Shown: positions 1-11,990 of the stretch, piece after piece
Numbering within the stretch: position 1 is the first letter of the stretch
How the letters are laid out: every line of letters starts with the position of its first letter
From: Chiloscyllium plagiosum
Taxonomy: Eukaryota
Length of the DNA: 64,000 bases
Direction of reading: 5' to 3'
NCBI RefSeq assembly: GCF_004010195.1
Contig: NC_057751.1
Location: forward strand, 6,893,934-6,957,933
Notes under the pieces: model-generated
What the model saw: the letters and a program-made list of their open reading frames with translations, nothing else
Databases searched by the model: none
Told to the model about the DNA's origin: nothing
Program-made: the position numbers and the translations under genes

Positions 1-1690
1 ACGACAGTGATTGGAATGGCTGGTGGTTTTGCTGACCAGTTCATGCATGTGAACAGTATTGGCAGAAGCCTTCAGGACCTCTGGAAAGGGAGATTGTCCA
101 TCTTATGTCCAGGAAAATACCTAAAGCCTAAAAAGACAGCCAGTTTATTTTTCCTCAACACTAGCTATAAGCGGTTGCTAGAACCAGTAACTGAGACTGG
201 TCAGTTTAAATGGACCAAAAAACTTGAAGAAATTGAAGAGTAGAGTAAAAAAAACTGTCAAGCAAAGAGATTCTGTGAACCTTGTGGATTGAGGCAATTT
301 AACTGCTTCCACAGAATCTGTGTGGGGGAGACGGTGTAATTTGAACATTAACAAGTTATGGTGGTAGATTGTAGATTCTGTCTGCAGGTTAGCAGTTATT
401 ACAAAAACATCTATGCATTGTTAACACGTCATGTTGACATGGAAAAATCATGAACTTGTGTACTTGGACATCTGAGACATGTGTAATAGCTGACAATAAT
501 GGACTTGACTTCTGACCCACGGCCCTGTGAGGCATGACAATTTTATGTACTCTGGTGAAGTGTTCCACACTCCAGGAACTCTCAGGGTGACCAAGGTTTT
601 GTTTTTAGAAGTTTCTGTAGATTGAACTGCTGGGATTTGTTAGTGACTACATTATATCTGTGACCTTGGACTTTAGACTTACCTCGAGGTGGCAACATCT
701 GTTGGCCAATCAGCCCATTTAGGAGCTGAAGTTCTATCAGCTTGCCCTTCAGGTCTTCCTTCAAGAGAAAAAAAAGAGGAGCCACCTGTCCAATTTAAAT
801 ACCACTACAACAGTAACATTACTGGAGGAGATTAGTTTGCTTACAATCAGAATTAGGGCAGGGGACTGTGCTAAAACTCCAAAGCAAAGGATGTGTGGGC
901 AAACTTGTTTTTTTTTGCAGGTACTCCAACACAGGCTGTTAGACTTGCCTTGTCATATTTACTCCTCCACAGCCAAGTTACAGTGACAACTTGGTTTGAT
1001 GAAGTCTCAGTGTGCATTCAAATTCAGACAGTGTGCAAACATACAAGATTGAAACTCGGGAAAATTAAAGCAGCACAAATTGGAAGAGGCATGCTGTTTT
1101 GATTAATGATTCCAGAAGGGAATGGCAGCACATTTAAAAGGCATCCACAGATCAGATTTGTCCTTCGGCTAAATTTCTGGTGCCTCAAAATTTCTGCTGC
1201 AGTTTAGCTGCCTGGCAATCAACCAGTTGATATTCAGCACTGAACGTGGCTTAGTTTAAACTCACCAAAAAGCGTATCCTTTGCAAAAAAAGGATACAAG
1301 ACATGAATTAAGTGCAGGCAGAGGCTATTTAGCCAAACTCCAGTTTACTCTGCTGTTCCATCTGGTTATGCCTGATATGTTTGTGTTTTGAATCCCATAC
1401 ACAAAATTTCTGCTGAACCATGTAATCCCCTAACAATCATCTACCTCAAATATTTCATGGACTTGGCCTCTATTTGCTTGACGTGGAGTGTTCCAAAAGT
1501 TGCACTAGTAAACGAAAAATTCCCTCATCTGTCCTAAAAACAGTGACTTAATTTTTTTTTTAAAAATACTAGTGCCTTCTAAACGTGGACTTGTCTACAA
1601 GAACCAAACAGACTTTCCTCATTCACCATTTGATACATATTTCCTCAACTGTTGGAGATTGTTGTGAAAAAAACCAAATCATTACACCCA

Positions 1691-1887
1691 AGGTCAAAAA
1701 AAAAAAAGTGTGGCGCGAGAAAAGCATACCCGGTCAGGCAGCAGAGGAGCAGGAGAGTCAATGTTTTGAGCATAGGCTCTTCATTAAGCGTCAACTCTCC
1801 TGCTCCTCTGATGCTGCCTGGGCTGCACTTTCCCAGCACCATGCTTTTTGACTCTGACCTCCGGCATCTAAGTCCTCACTTTCTGCT
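1691..1887. mobile_element. Palindromic non-autonomous Penelope-like (pLTR-derived) element, family A
   Basis: Left arm ggtcaggcagcagaggagcaggagagtcaatg is inverted relative to right arm cgtcaactctcctgctcctctgatgctgcctg; flanked by aatCAttacaccca (1677-1690) and aatTGttacaccca (1888-1901). Confidence 0.75.
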
Positions 1888-1994
1888 AATTGTTACACCC
1901 ATTCCTTGGGAATGTGGAGATAAGCCTGGTATTCTAAATTCCATATTATTGATGGCTCTTATTGCAGAAGAGCCTTCCTGCTCTTGGGATAAAA

Positions 1995-2108
1995 GGAGGA
2001 TTACACCCAAAACACCAATTTCTGCACCTCCTGACGCTGCCTGGCTTGTTGTGTTCCCGCCAGCCTCCTGCCTGTCTACTTTGGATTCCATCTGCAGTTT
2101 TTTGTCTC
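1995..2108 (+). mobile_element. Degraded PLE pLTR fragment
   Basis: ttacacccaaaacacc...cctcctgacgctgcctggcttgttgtgttcc...catctgcagttttttgtctc resembles the family A tail. Confidence 0.45.
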
Positions 2109-2474
2109 CTTTACTACGAACAGATGCATGTTTACAGTCAGCATCCAAGTAGTGGCACTTTATATTACTTGGCGGTGGGCGGAGAAAGCAATGGTGCTAT
2201 CTCTGACCATATTGATTTAGCCAACTGCTGAGTGTTGGAGAAACAAACAAAGTCGGTCAGAATTGAAGTATTGGATGCTGAAATGTGAAAATAGCATATT
2301 GTGGTCCGTGCGCTATGGTCTCACTTGTCCACCATTTGCATGGCCTGGGAACTTCTCGGAGTGGTGAGCTATCCATTGACATCCAATCTGTAGCCAGCAA
2401 ATCAAACCACAAATCAACCATATTCAGACCCACCATAGATTTTGTGGGTGCTCATTAAAAAGATACCAGTGATG

Positions 2475-2695
2475 TCGTTAGAGTGGTATGTTTTTTGGAA
2501 TGAGCTGTCAACTGAAGTGATTGAGGCGGGTACATGAATAATATTTAAAAAGACATTTGGACAAATACATGGAGGGGAAAGGATTAGAAGGATATGGGCC
2601 AAGTGCAAGGAAATGGGGTTATTGTGGAAGGACATTTTGGTCGGCATGGGCCATTTTGGACCAAAGGGCCTGTCTCCGTGCTTTAGGACTTTGAC
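2475..2695 (+). mobile_element. CR1 LINE 3' end
   Basis: tggaatgagctg...gaggcgggtaca...tttaaaaagacatttggac...ggtcggcatggg...aagggcctgtctccgtgct; this tail type is shared with HE1 SINEs. Confidence 0.75.
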
Positions 2696-3244
2696 ATAAA
2701 AGTGAGCAAAATCCATACTGGAAATCCTAAAATATGCAAAGCTGCTGCAAGAATAACTCCATATATCAAGCAACACCTGCACAGAACTAGCATTTCAAAT
2801 TAGGACCATATAAGCTATGTTTTAAGCCAATAGACACAGACGTGGTGGTAGGCAAGCACTCAAGCAACGGTCTGGATAGGCTGATATTTTGTCATTGAGT
2901 AATTTTGAAGACTCCTAGTTGTGAAATACACCAGATGTATTTTAATATTTTCTACAGCTGAAAGAACACTTTACATCAGATTCTTACTCGGCAATGTAAT
3001 GATTCTGATCACAGGCACGTATGCCACTTCCTTCTATGAAGCGATTATATTTTATCCTTTATGGATCTTAGTTCAACACCATCTTTGATACTACAGGTAA
3101 AAGACAAGAGCATAAAAGGCTGCCGTTGCCAGACAAAAGCAGTGGTAAATGGTCCAAATCAAGAAATAACAGAGGTCTACAGGATCATTAAATGGTAGCA
3201 ACAGAATCAATAACAGCATTCACTGGTTGTGAAAATAGAGCAGA

Positions 3245-3562
3245 GGTTATAATCTGAAATTATTGAATTCAGTGTTGAGTCTGGAAGACTTCAAGTGCTG
3301 AATCAAAAATGAAATGCCATTTGTCAAGCTTTTCATGAATTGACTGCCTAGTACAAGAGTGGGAGAGAATGTAAAATGCCCACAGTTATGAGACCTGGGG
3401 TTCCACGTGTTCTGCAGACCAGCATCTAATTTGGTGTGTTTGATCTCCCCACTGCAGAGGACGCTGCATCTTGCGCTGTAAATGCAGTGTACTAAATTGA
3501 AAGCATTACAATAATCCAACCGAACAGCTGCTTCACCTGGAAGGAATGTTTGGGGTCTTGAA
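3245..3562 (-). mobile_element. Penelope-like retroelement relic, GIY-YIG region
   Basis: Minus-strand translation CNAFNLVHCIYSARCSVLCSGEIKH...LNTEFNNFR resembles the PLE motif NL.YCI.C..C..LY.GET and the C-terminal LN..F.NF. Confidence 0.65.
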
Positions 3563-5817
3563 GAAAATGCAAGAACTTCACTTTCAGTCCTCTTATGCTG
3601 GCATGGATAAAAGTGCTTTGCAATCGATGGGTAATGCAGGACTCAGCATCAACTTGAGCTTTCCCATTGTGTTTGGGTCAACTTGCCTTTGTTGATTTCG
3701 CTGGATGGGAACTGTGCAGCCTTGCAGGAGTGAATTTGTGCTGGAAGCAGATTCACAGTAATGTTTAAGGCAAAGAGGAGAGGGATACAGATCACATGCT
3801 GGCAATTGCCATTAGTTTATAACAATATCGTGGGTCACCAGATTTGATGAGCCTAAGGGCCTTTTCGTTGTGCATATGGTGCTATGTAATCATTTGTTAA
3901 CTTGTTCCTTGTCATCATGTGCTCAAATTTACGTAAAGGTAATTAGATATCCACAGAAAGATGCTCAGTATATACACTTCATCCACTGACAGACTCCTGA
4001 AATCCCCACAACCTAATTATATTACTAAGTGACAGATCCTGGTTGTGTTTTTCTTCTGAACGGTTAAGCCTTGTATTCTTCATAACATCTTATCAAGTCA
4101 GCCAGATGTGTCTCACGGCAATACATACACAACATTACTTTGAAGTTCACTGGTAAAACATGACGCAAATAAGCTGAGGGCCAGTGACTCCGTTTGCAAG
4201 TTGTACGAATGAGTACCAGCCAGGACACATAGGAAAGGAATATACTTTGTATGGCGTCTCAAAATTTTCTGAAAGCTCTAATTACGAGGGTGGGAAAGAA
4301 CAAGGAGGTAAGGAAATACATTCAGAAAATAGTTTGACAAATACATTTCACATGTTAGCAATTCTGTGAAAAAGGTTTGGCAATTAAAGATCTGTGCAAT
4401 ATTTAAAGCCTGATTATTAGCACATGATTTTGCATTTGGAAGAACAGACATTTGCTGATTTTGTTGTTTATGAAGTTTTCATATCATGACATTAAAAATG
4501 GGCTACATTTTACAGCAGCTGAGTGGTGACCTCAGCATTATGAAGTGCCAGAAGGACAAATTATACTAAGACGGAGTGCACCAATATTTGTTTGGGTCCT
4601 CAGAATTCTTAGTATTGCATGCTCTTTGCTCGGGCATAGGTGTTTGCAAGACTTCACTTGGTAAACTCTCAGTCCTTTTAAGATACAAGGAGAGGGTGCA
4701 CCACTGTTTTCAGGGGAGGTATCTGACAGCCATTGTTTGCACACTGTCCCCAGGAGCGCATCAACTTTTGTAGAATGGTCCTGTAAGATTCAAGTTTTGC
4801 AGAGGACTCATGGGAGTTCTTAACATTTACAGAGCAGTGCCTAGATTGCAATTATTATGTGCAATATATTTGCATGTCTTGCAACAGTCTGAACCCCAGC
4901 ACTCGTCAAAATAGAGCGCAACAGCATTATTCCTTTATCTAGGCTAAACTTTCTCTTAAAGTGCTCAATGCAGGAGCGATGTCTGAGCGACATGTCTGAT
5001 CAGCTAACTTGTTTGTTTCCACTCCATTCCTTTTAGAAAACTGCAATTAAAACTGCACCTTTGCCCGTCTGTCCAGTGGATGCCTCCCAGGCAGTAAAAC
5101 AGGCTCCTGAACATGATTTAAGAGTCACATCTCAATGGAATTGAAATACAGCTGTTGCTACTTCTGAATAAATAACTTCACTATCCATCTTACCACAGGC
5201 ATTTACAAGTTCTAATGAGGTCATCTGTTTTCGGTGGTGTCGAAAAGCAAATCAAAATAGTCACAAATGCAGTAATGATTTGAATGTTGCAAGAAACACT
5301 CAGTGGTGCTTGGTAGAAAGCTTCAGATTAAGCCACTTAAGGAGATAATAGGATAGTTGACAGAGGTTCATTTTAAGTTGGTGGCTTCAACAAGAGGAAT
5401 TGAGAGATGACAGGAATATGCCTATTTACCATTTTCACGACCAGAGGGCGAGAGGAGAAATGCTGTGGAAAAATAGTGTTCTCTTTTCACGTTTACATTG
5501 TTTGTTCCAAACATTGACATGCTTACTGGATTCAAAATAACCATGACTGATCCTATTATTGGAGTTGCCAGAAATTTCTGAACCCCTGTATTATGAAGAT
5601 ATTCCAGAAAAGTGACAAGGGTTTGGACATGAGGCATGGACTAGTAGCCAGCAAAAGGACAGCGAGAACCACATTTTAAAAAAGGGAATAAGAAAGTAAA
5701 GTAAACTTAAACACTTGCCTGCTGTTTAACTATTAAGGGGAACAGCAACTCCATTTAATTTAACCCCTCTTCACCTTTGTCCGAGACACTACATGTCCTG
5801 ATATGAAGCAAAGCATG

Positions 5818-5847
5818 GGGAGAAATTGAGGACTGCAGATGCTGGAG

Positions 5848-5921
<74 letters not shown>

Positions 5922-5922
5922 A

Positions 5923-5953
<31 letters not shown>

Positions 5954-6139
5954 AAGAAAGAGAGAGAGATGCTGGAAAAGCACAGGTCAGGCAGCATCAG
6001 AGGAGCAGGGGAAAATTGATGTTTTGGGCAAAAGCCCTTCATCAGGAATGATTTGATGGGCTAATTTCCAAACATGGATTCCCCTGCTCCTCAGATGCTG
6101 CCTGACCTACTATGCTCTTCCAGGATTACACTCTCTACC
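5818..6139. mobile_element. Palindromic PLE-derived element (family A) with internal (AG)n expansion
   Basis: gaggactgcagatgctggagatcag-(AG)n-gctggaaaagcacaggtcaggcagcatcagaggagcagg...ggcaaaagcccttcatcagg, then inverted arm cccctgctcctcagatgctgcctgacct; flanks atgaagcaaagcatg (5803-5817) and atgaatcaaagcatg (6140-6154). Confidence 0.8.
5851..5968. repeat. (AG)n/(GAAA) microsatellite
   Basis: About 118 bp of AG repeats with a few interruptions; source of the RERERE and LSLSLS ORFs. Confidence 0.97.
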
Positions 6140-6339
6140 ATGAATCAAAGCATGATTCAGTTTGGTATTTCCATACAAAATAGGCACAAATGTGTCACAA
6201 TAAAAAAAAAAGTGTTTTTTCAGTAAGAGGCATTTGCCAAGTAAATAGCACTCACAAAGTCACAAGGGCAACATGTAATTTGGAACACCATCCATTAAAG
6301 CCCCTCTCCACTTTCACAATGCTGACTGAGAAATTTAGG

Positions 6340-6634
6340 ACCACAAGACATTGGCCAACATTCAATAAGGATCATTCACTGTCATTTCAGAAAACTCCAG
6401 CAGAACGCCATCACCCAACAAGTCTTCCCCTCACTCACTGTCTGCATTTTATAGGGATTGTTCCCTCTGGGACACTAGTTCATTTCACGGCCACCAACAC
6501 CCCGGCCTGTGTCACATTTCCATGTAACCACAAAGCTAAGATACCAGCCCCTTCAACTCTTCACTCACCATCCAAGGGCCTAATCAGTGTTTCCAGGTGA
6601 AGCAGCATTTCACCTGTACCCCCTCCAATCTTGT
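6340..6634 (+). mobile_element. Penelope-like relic, 5' piece (linker up to start of GIY-YIG)
   Basis: ...tccaagggcctaatcagtgtttccaggtgaagcagcatttcacctgtaccccctccaatctt encodes QGPNQCFQVKQHFTCTPSNL; the domain continues at 9416 after the CR1 insertion. Confidence 0.65.
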
Positions 6635-9415
6635 GGCTAAAAGGTCTAAATAGGACTGCTCAAAGGGTTCACAACAAAACCTCAAGTACACTGGACAATT
6701 GAATGACAGTGAGAAGAGGGATGGTTAATACAGGACTTAAGGTGTTATATCTGAATGCATGCAGTGTAAGCAATAACATAGATGACCTTGTGTCTCAGAA
6801 CGAAATTGGCAGGTATGAAGTGGTGGGCATCATGCAGTTGTGGCTGCAAGGGGATCAGGATTTGGAGCTGAATATTCAATATACATCCTATCGAAAATAC
6901 AGGCAGGTGGGCAGAGGGAGTGGGGCTGCCTTTTGAGCAAGGAATGTAATTAAATCAATAGTAAGAGATTGGGTCATATGGTGTAGAATTTATGTAGGTA
7001 GAATTGAGGAACGCCAAAAAAAAGGTGAAAAATCCATAATTGGAGTTACGTACAGGCCTCCAAACAGTCATCAGGAGCAAGGGTGCAAGATACACCAGGA
7101 GATGGACAAAATTGTAGCAAAGGGAAAGTTAGTGATCATGATAGATTTCAACATGAAAGTAGACTGCAAAGGTCAGGTTGATAGTGGATCAGAGGAAAAG
7201 GAATTTGAGCAATGTCAACAAATTACACGAGATGGTTTTTTGGAGCAGCTTGAGATGGAACCCACTAGGGAACAGGCAATACTGGTTTTAGTGTCATGCA
7301 ATGACGCAGAGACTTGATAAGGGAGCTTTCGGCTATCACCTGATGGAGTGTCGCTCCGAAAGCTAGTGTGCTTCCAATTAAACCTGTTGGACTTTAACCT
7401 GGTGTTGAGAGATTTTTAAACTTTGTACACCCCAGTCCAACACCGGCATCTCCAAATCAGAACTCTTAAGAGGCAGTGATCACAGTATGATTGAATACTG
7501 GTTTTAGTGTCATGCAATGATGCAGAGACTTTGCCGTATTTTACCATACATTTTAAAGACTTGGGGGGTGGAAAAGAGTTGAGGTGTGAGACAATTATGG
7601 CTGACGAGGAAAGTCAGGGATAGTGTAAAAGTCAAAGAGTAAGCATATAATGTGGCGAAGGGCAGTGAGAAACCAGAGGATTGGGAAGCTTACAAAATAC
7701 GGAGGGCAAGAAGGAGAAATAAGGAGGGAGAAGATTAAGTAGGTAAGTAAAACCCACCAGTAATATAAAAGAAGACTGAGTTTCTTCAGATGTATGAAAA
7801 GGGTAAAAAGGAGAGAGAGAGACAAAAATGGATATTGGACCAGTGGAAAATGATGCTGGAGAAACAGAAGTCAGAAACAAGGAAGTGGCTGAGGAACTGA
7901 ATAATTACTTGGCGTCAGTCTGCACTGTGGAAGGCAGAAGTAATAACCCAAAAATTCAAGAGAGTCAGGGAGCAGAGCTGAGTATGGTGACCATCACCAA
8001 GGCTGATGGTGCTAGAAAAACTGAATGGCCTGAAGCTGGATAAATCACCTGGACCAGATGGATTATGCCCAGGCGTTCTAAGGGAGATAGCTCAACAGAT
8101 AGTGGAGACATGAGTAGTAATCTTCTAGGAATAGCTAAATCGGGAAGGTCCCAGAGGACTGGGAAATAGTTAACATGACACCCCTGTTTAAAAGTAGTAA
8201 GGCAGAAGACGGAAAATTACAAACAGATTAGCCTAATCTCAGTTGTGGCCAAGATCCTGGAATCCATTATAAAGGATGAGATTTCTGAATACTTGAAAGC
8301 GTAAGGTAAATTAGGGCAAAGTCAGCATAGTTTTATCAACCAGAGGTCATGCCTGACAAATCTTCAAGAATTCTTTCATGAACAGGCTAGACCAAGGAGA
8401 CCCAATGGATGTTATCTATCTGTACTTCCAGAAGGCTTTTGACAAGGTGGAGCACAGGAGGCTACTTGAGTAAGGTTAGAGTGTTAGAGGCAAGGTACTA
8501 GCATGGATAGAAGTTTGGCTGTTTGGCAGAAAGCAGAGAGTAGGGATCAAAACAGTCTCAGGATAGCAGCTTTTGACAAGTGGTGTTCCGCAAGGCTCAG
8601 TATTGGGACAGAACTTTTCACTTAAGACGTTAATGATCTCTATGGAGGAACTGAGGGCATTCTGGCTAAGCTTGCAGATGAAACAAAGATAGATAGATGA
8701 GGTGCCAGGGAAGCTGCAGAAGGATTTGGACAGGTTAGGACAGTGGGCAAAGAAGTAGCAATGGCACATGGAAAAGTGTGAGGTCATTCACTTAAGTAGG
8801 AAGAGGCATCCAATTGGGGAGAAAAATCAGAAGTCTGAAGTACTAAGAGACCTGGGAGTTCTAGTCCATGATTTTCTCAAGGTAAACTTGCAGGTTGAGT
8901 TAGTTAGGAAGACAAATGCAATGTTGGTGTTCTGGCCTTGGAGCGAGTTCAGAGGAGGTTCATGAGAATGGTCCCAGGAATGAAAAGCTTAATATACAAG
9001 CCATGTTGGAGGACTCTGGGTCTATACACAATGCAGTCTAGAAGGAGAGGAACTAATTGAGAACAGAGTACTGAATTGCCTGGAGTGTCAATGTTGGGGA
9101 AGATGTTTCTATTAGGACTAGAGACTGGGATCAGAGGGCACAGCCTTAGAGTAAAGGGAAGACCTTCGAGAATGAACAGAGCGAAGGAAAAAATCTTCAG
9201 CCAGAGAATGGTGAATCTAAAGAATTCATTGCCCAGAAGGCTGTGGAGGCCAGGTCATTGAGTAAATCCAAGAGTGAATTGGATCAGTTCTTGAATGTCA
9301 AGGGGTTAAGGTTATTGGGAGATTGGGGTTGACAAGCTTCAGCCATGATCGAGTCTGCTCCGCCAATCAATGGGCTGAATGACCTAATTTCTGCTCCGAG
9401 GTCTTATGGTCTTAT
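6635..9415 (+). mobile_element. CR1 LINE, degraded ORF2 (APE endonuclease + RT) and 3' tail
   Basis: LKVLYLNACSV (APE start), YRPP, DFN, AEELNNY.ASV, KSPGPDG, DFQKAFDKV-like, SGVPQGSVLG, ADETKI motifs across frames with stops and frameshifts; ends in (tcttatgg)n. Confidence 0.92.
7324..7459 (+). mobile_element. PLE pLTR-derived element (family B) inserted in the CR1
   Basis: cacctgat..gctccgaaagctagtg..cttccaattaaacctgttggact..acaccccagtccaacaccggcatctccaaatc closely matches 36810-36930; interrupts the CR1 endonuclease region. Confidence 0.8.
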
Positions 9416-9850
9416 TCCTGTACCACTGCACTCAATGTGGCCTACTCTACATTGGAGAAACCCCACACAGATTGGGTGGCCACTTTGTGCACAAACAAGA
9501 CCCTACCTTCCGTAGTTGGTCATTGTAACAGCATCCTGCTCGCATTCCATCATGTGTGACCTCCACACGCTGCAGTGTTCCAATCACATCACAAACCAGA
9601 AGAACAATGTTTTCTCCTCAAACTGGGCACTTTGCAGCCTTCTGGATTTAATGTTGGAGTACTAAGCCTTCAAATTGTAAACCATTTCCTCCCTTTCAGC
9701 TTGTAACATTGCTCTGTCCTCGCTCCAGTCTCCCCCATCGCAGTGGGACTGTCCTTTCACATGTGGCAGGAGACGGTCCAGTGTTCTGCCATTCTCACAT
9801 TCTGATCACAATCTTAACTGTCAAGATCTTTTCTCCACCAGCATCCTACA
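9416..9850 (+). mobile_element. Penelope-like relic, 3' piece (GIY-YIG C-terminus and 3' region)
   Basis: cactgcactcaatgtggcctactctacattggagaaacc encodes HCTQCGLLYIGET; later aaactgggcactttgcagccttctggatttaat encodes KLGTLQPSGFN. Confidence 0.72.
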
Positions 9851-9919
9851 CACACACACAAACACGATTTAAGGGAGGGCTTGGACAAGCAAATAAGCTG
9901 GGCTTGTAGACTGCAATTG

Positions 9920-10630
9920 TCCTTAAATGGGAGGTTACTCACTTTGATCCGCAACTCAAATGCGCAATTTTTCTTGAAATGGTGCGAGGTTTACAAGTGC
10001 AGGATCCCAAAAGGATTTGAGTCCTTGTTCATAAGTCACAAGTGAGTAAATGAATTCAACTATAAAAGATTGAAAAAAGGTACCTTGACCGTCAGTGGAG
10101 TATTTGAATAAGAGTGTAATGGCAGCTTGCTCCACTTGAGAGCCATGGTGAGAGCTTACCTAGTCTCTTTATTCAAAAAAAGACTCGGCAGAGAGGAAGT
10201 ACCAGTAAAGAGGGTCAACAGTGAATCTCTGAAATTGCATGATGGTCTTCATGAGGAGATATTCCACAGACTGCCCCTGTATTCCTGAAGGTTCAAACAA
10301 TGAGGGGTGCTGATCTCAGGTTAGATTAAATGCTTTCCCCGTGTTTGGCAAGTCTAAAGCGAGAGCATAAAATTACTTCCCCATTGGAGATCAAGGCTGT
10401 GAAGAATTTCTACAAAAGGGGAATTCTCTAACCAAAAAAAGGGCTATGGAAACTCCATTATTGAGCATGTTCTCACAAAATCAATAAAATTCAGTCAATA
10501 AAAAAGGAATATTAAAAAAGGGATATGAAAATAGTGTGAGGCAATGGTATTTAAGGTAGTTCGTCAGCCATGACTAACTCACAGATGTAGTCTCAGTGTT
10601 GAATGCCGACTTCTGCTCCTGTGTTGTATT
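9920..10630 (+). mobile_element. Old CR1 LINE 3' region
   Basis: Degraded ..DLGVLVH..-like segment, gccatggtgag, and 3' UTR-like tcagccatga...cttctgctcctgtgt. Confidence 0.55.
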
Positions 10631-10894
10631 CTGCCCAACCTTGCCATCATAGCAAGTCAATGAGATCCACTCCCTGCTGTTACTTCACCGTTTTAGTTAG
10701 AAAGTCATTAACCATTTTCCTTCTGAAAAATGATGATCGAATCTACACCCCTGTTGACTGATGCAGTGCTTTCCACATCCAAATCATTCATTTGGAGAAA
10801 GAATTTGTCCTCAGCTGAGACCATCTTCCCAAAGCTGTCAGCCCAGCTAGGCCTTCAAAGAATTCAGCAAATCTGTGCAAATTGCATGGGTTGG

Positions 10895-11132
10895 CAGCTA
10901 GTTCACATGTTCAAAAGCTTGTATTGTGATCATACAATGTGCAGGAATATATAGGAACAAGAAAAAACAAAAAAAAAGTTTTTATTGAAGTGTCTTTGTT
11001 TTCAACAAAATTCAGCTAGTTCACATGTTCAAAAGCTTGTATTGTGATCATACAATGTGCAGGAATATATAGGAACAAGAAAAAACAAAAAAAAAAAGTT
11101 TTTATTGAAGTGTCTTTGTTTTCAACAAAATT
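10895..11132. repeat. Near-perfect tandem duplication (118 + 120 bp) just upstream of the exon 2 acceptor
   Basis: cagctagttcacatgttcaaaagcttgtattgtgatc...ttttcaacaaaatt at 10895-11012 and 11013-11132; copies differ only in A-run length. Confidence 0.95.
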
Positions 11133-11151
11133 TCACCATCTTCTTCAACAG

Positions 11152-11364
11152 GGTCAGGTAAAGGTGATAGTCAAGCCGAATCCATGCCATTGGGGACACT
11201 GCCACGCTTCCTAATTGAACCAGAGGATTCATACATAGTGAAGAGCAATCCCATTAAGCTGCGCTGCAAAGCGATACCGGCCATGCAGATCTTCTTCAAG
11301 TGCAATGGAGACTGGGTCCATCAGAAAGAACACATGCTGGAGGAACATGTGGACGAGCACACAG
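11152..11364 (+). CDS. UNC5D: Netrin receptor UNC5D, internal coding exon 2 (start of first Ig-like domain)
   Basis: Pyrimidine-rich acceptor ...ttcttcaacAG at 11150-11151 and donor G|GTAATA at 11365; 213 nt, phase 1-1. Translation (G)[70 protein letters not shown](G) matches UNC5 exon 2; GTLP.F and [25 protein letters not shown] are UNC5D-type residues as I recall them. Confidence 0.93.
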
Positions 11365-11812
11365 GTAATACAGCTTCCTAAAGTCTCTCCTGATTTTAAA
11401 CAGACAGTCCATCTTCAATCATCCAAATCCCTCCCATCAAAACATTCATGTGTGCACACTAAATGTTAAATGCATAAATTATTTGTCCTCAGCCCTTATG
11501 GGTGGGGCATAGATGAATTCAATCATTTTCAACCATAGATAATTCCTGTCAACATTAAATGTGGAGTGAATGTCTTTTCTTTAAAGCACTGGGTATTTGT
11601 GGAGATCAGTCTGAACTGGAACATTGTCCAACAAGTCTCCTGAAGCAATTTGGACTTCATGGTGACTCGTTTTGGTCTCATAACAAGACAGATTGTAATT
11701 TGTAATTAATCTCTCTCCTTGGCTTTCTCTCCACTTCTCTCTAACGTGCGTGCTCTTCAGATTTTTTCCCTGGCGCTCTGTTCCTTACTCTTGCTAGTCT
11801 CTCCATTTTGCT

Positions 11813-11990
11813 TGGCGAAGGTCAGGATTGGAGATGCTGGAAATTAGAGTGGTGCTGGAAAAGCACAGCAGGTCAAGCAGCATCCAAAGAGCAGGAAAAT
11901 AGACGTTTCAGGCAAAAGCCCTTCATCAGGAAGGGTTGGTGATTCCTGATGAATGGCTTTTGCCCAAAACATCAAAATTTTCCTGCTCCT
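11813..11990. mobile_element. Palindromic PLE-derived element (family A) with hammerhead motifs on both strands
   Basis: gacgtttcaggcaaaagcccttcatcaggaa followed by ttcctgatgaatggcttttgcccaaaacatc; flanks ctctccattttgct (11799-11812) and ctctctattttgct (11989-12002). Confidence 0.82.

Noticed and set aside
1..800. Short ORFs and possible LTR-like sequence at window start
   Set aside because: No termini, domain or splice evidence that I could support.
5755..6056. RERERE and LSLSLS ORFs
   Set aside because: Translations of the (AG)n microsatellite.
11184..11381. 65-aa ORF as a standalone gene
   Set aside because: It is an internal UNC5D exon; the Met is internal and the last residues are intronic read-through.
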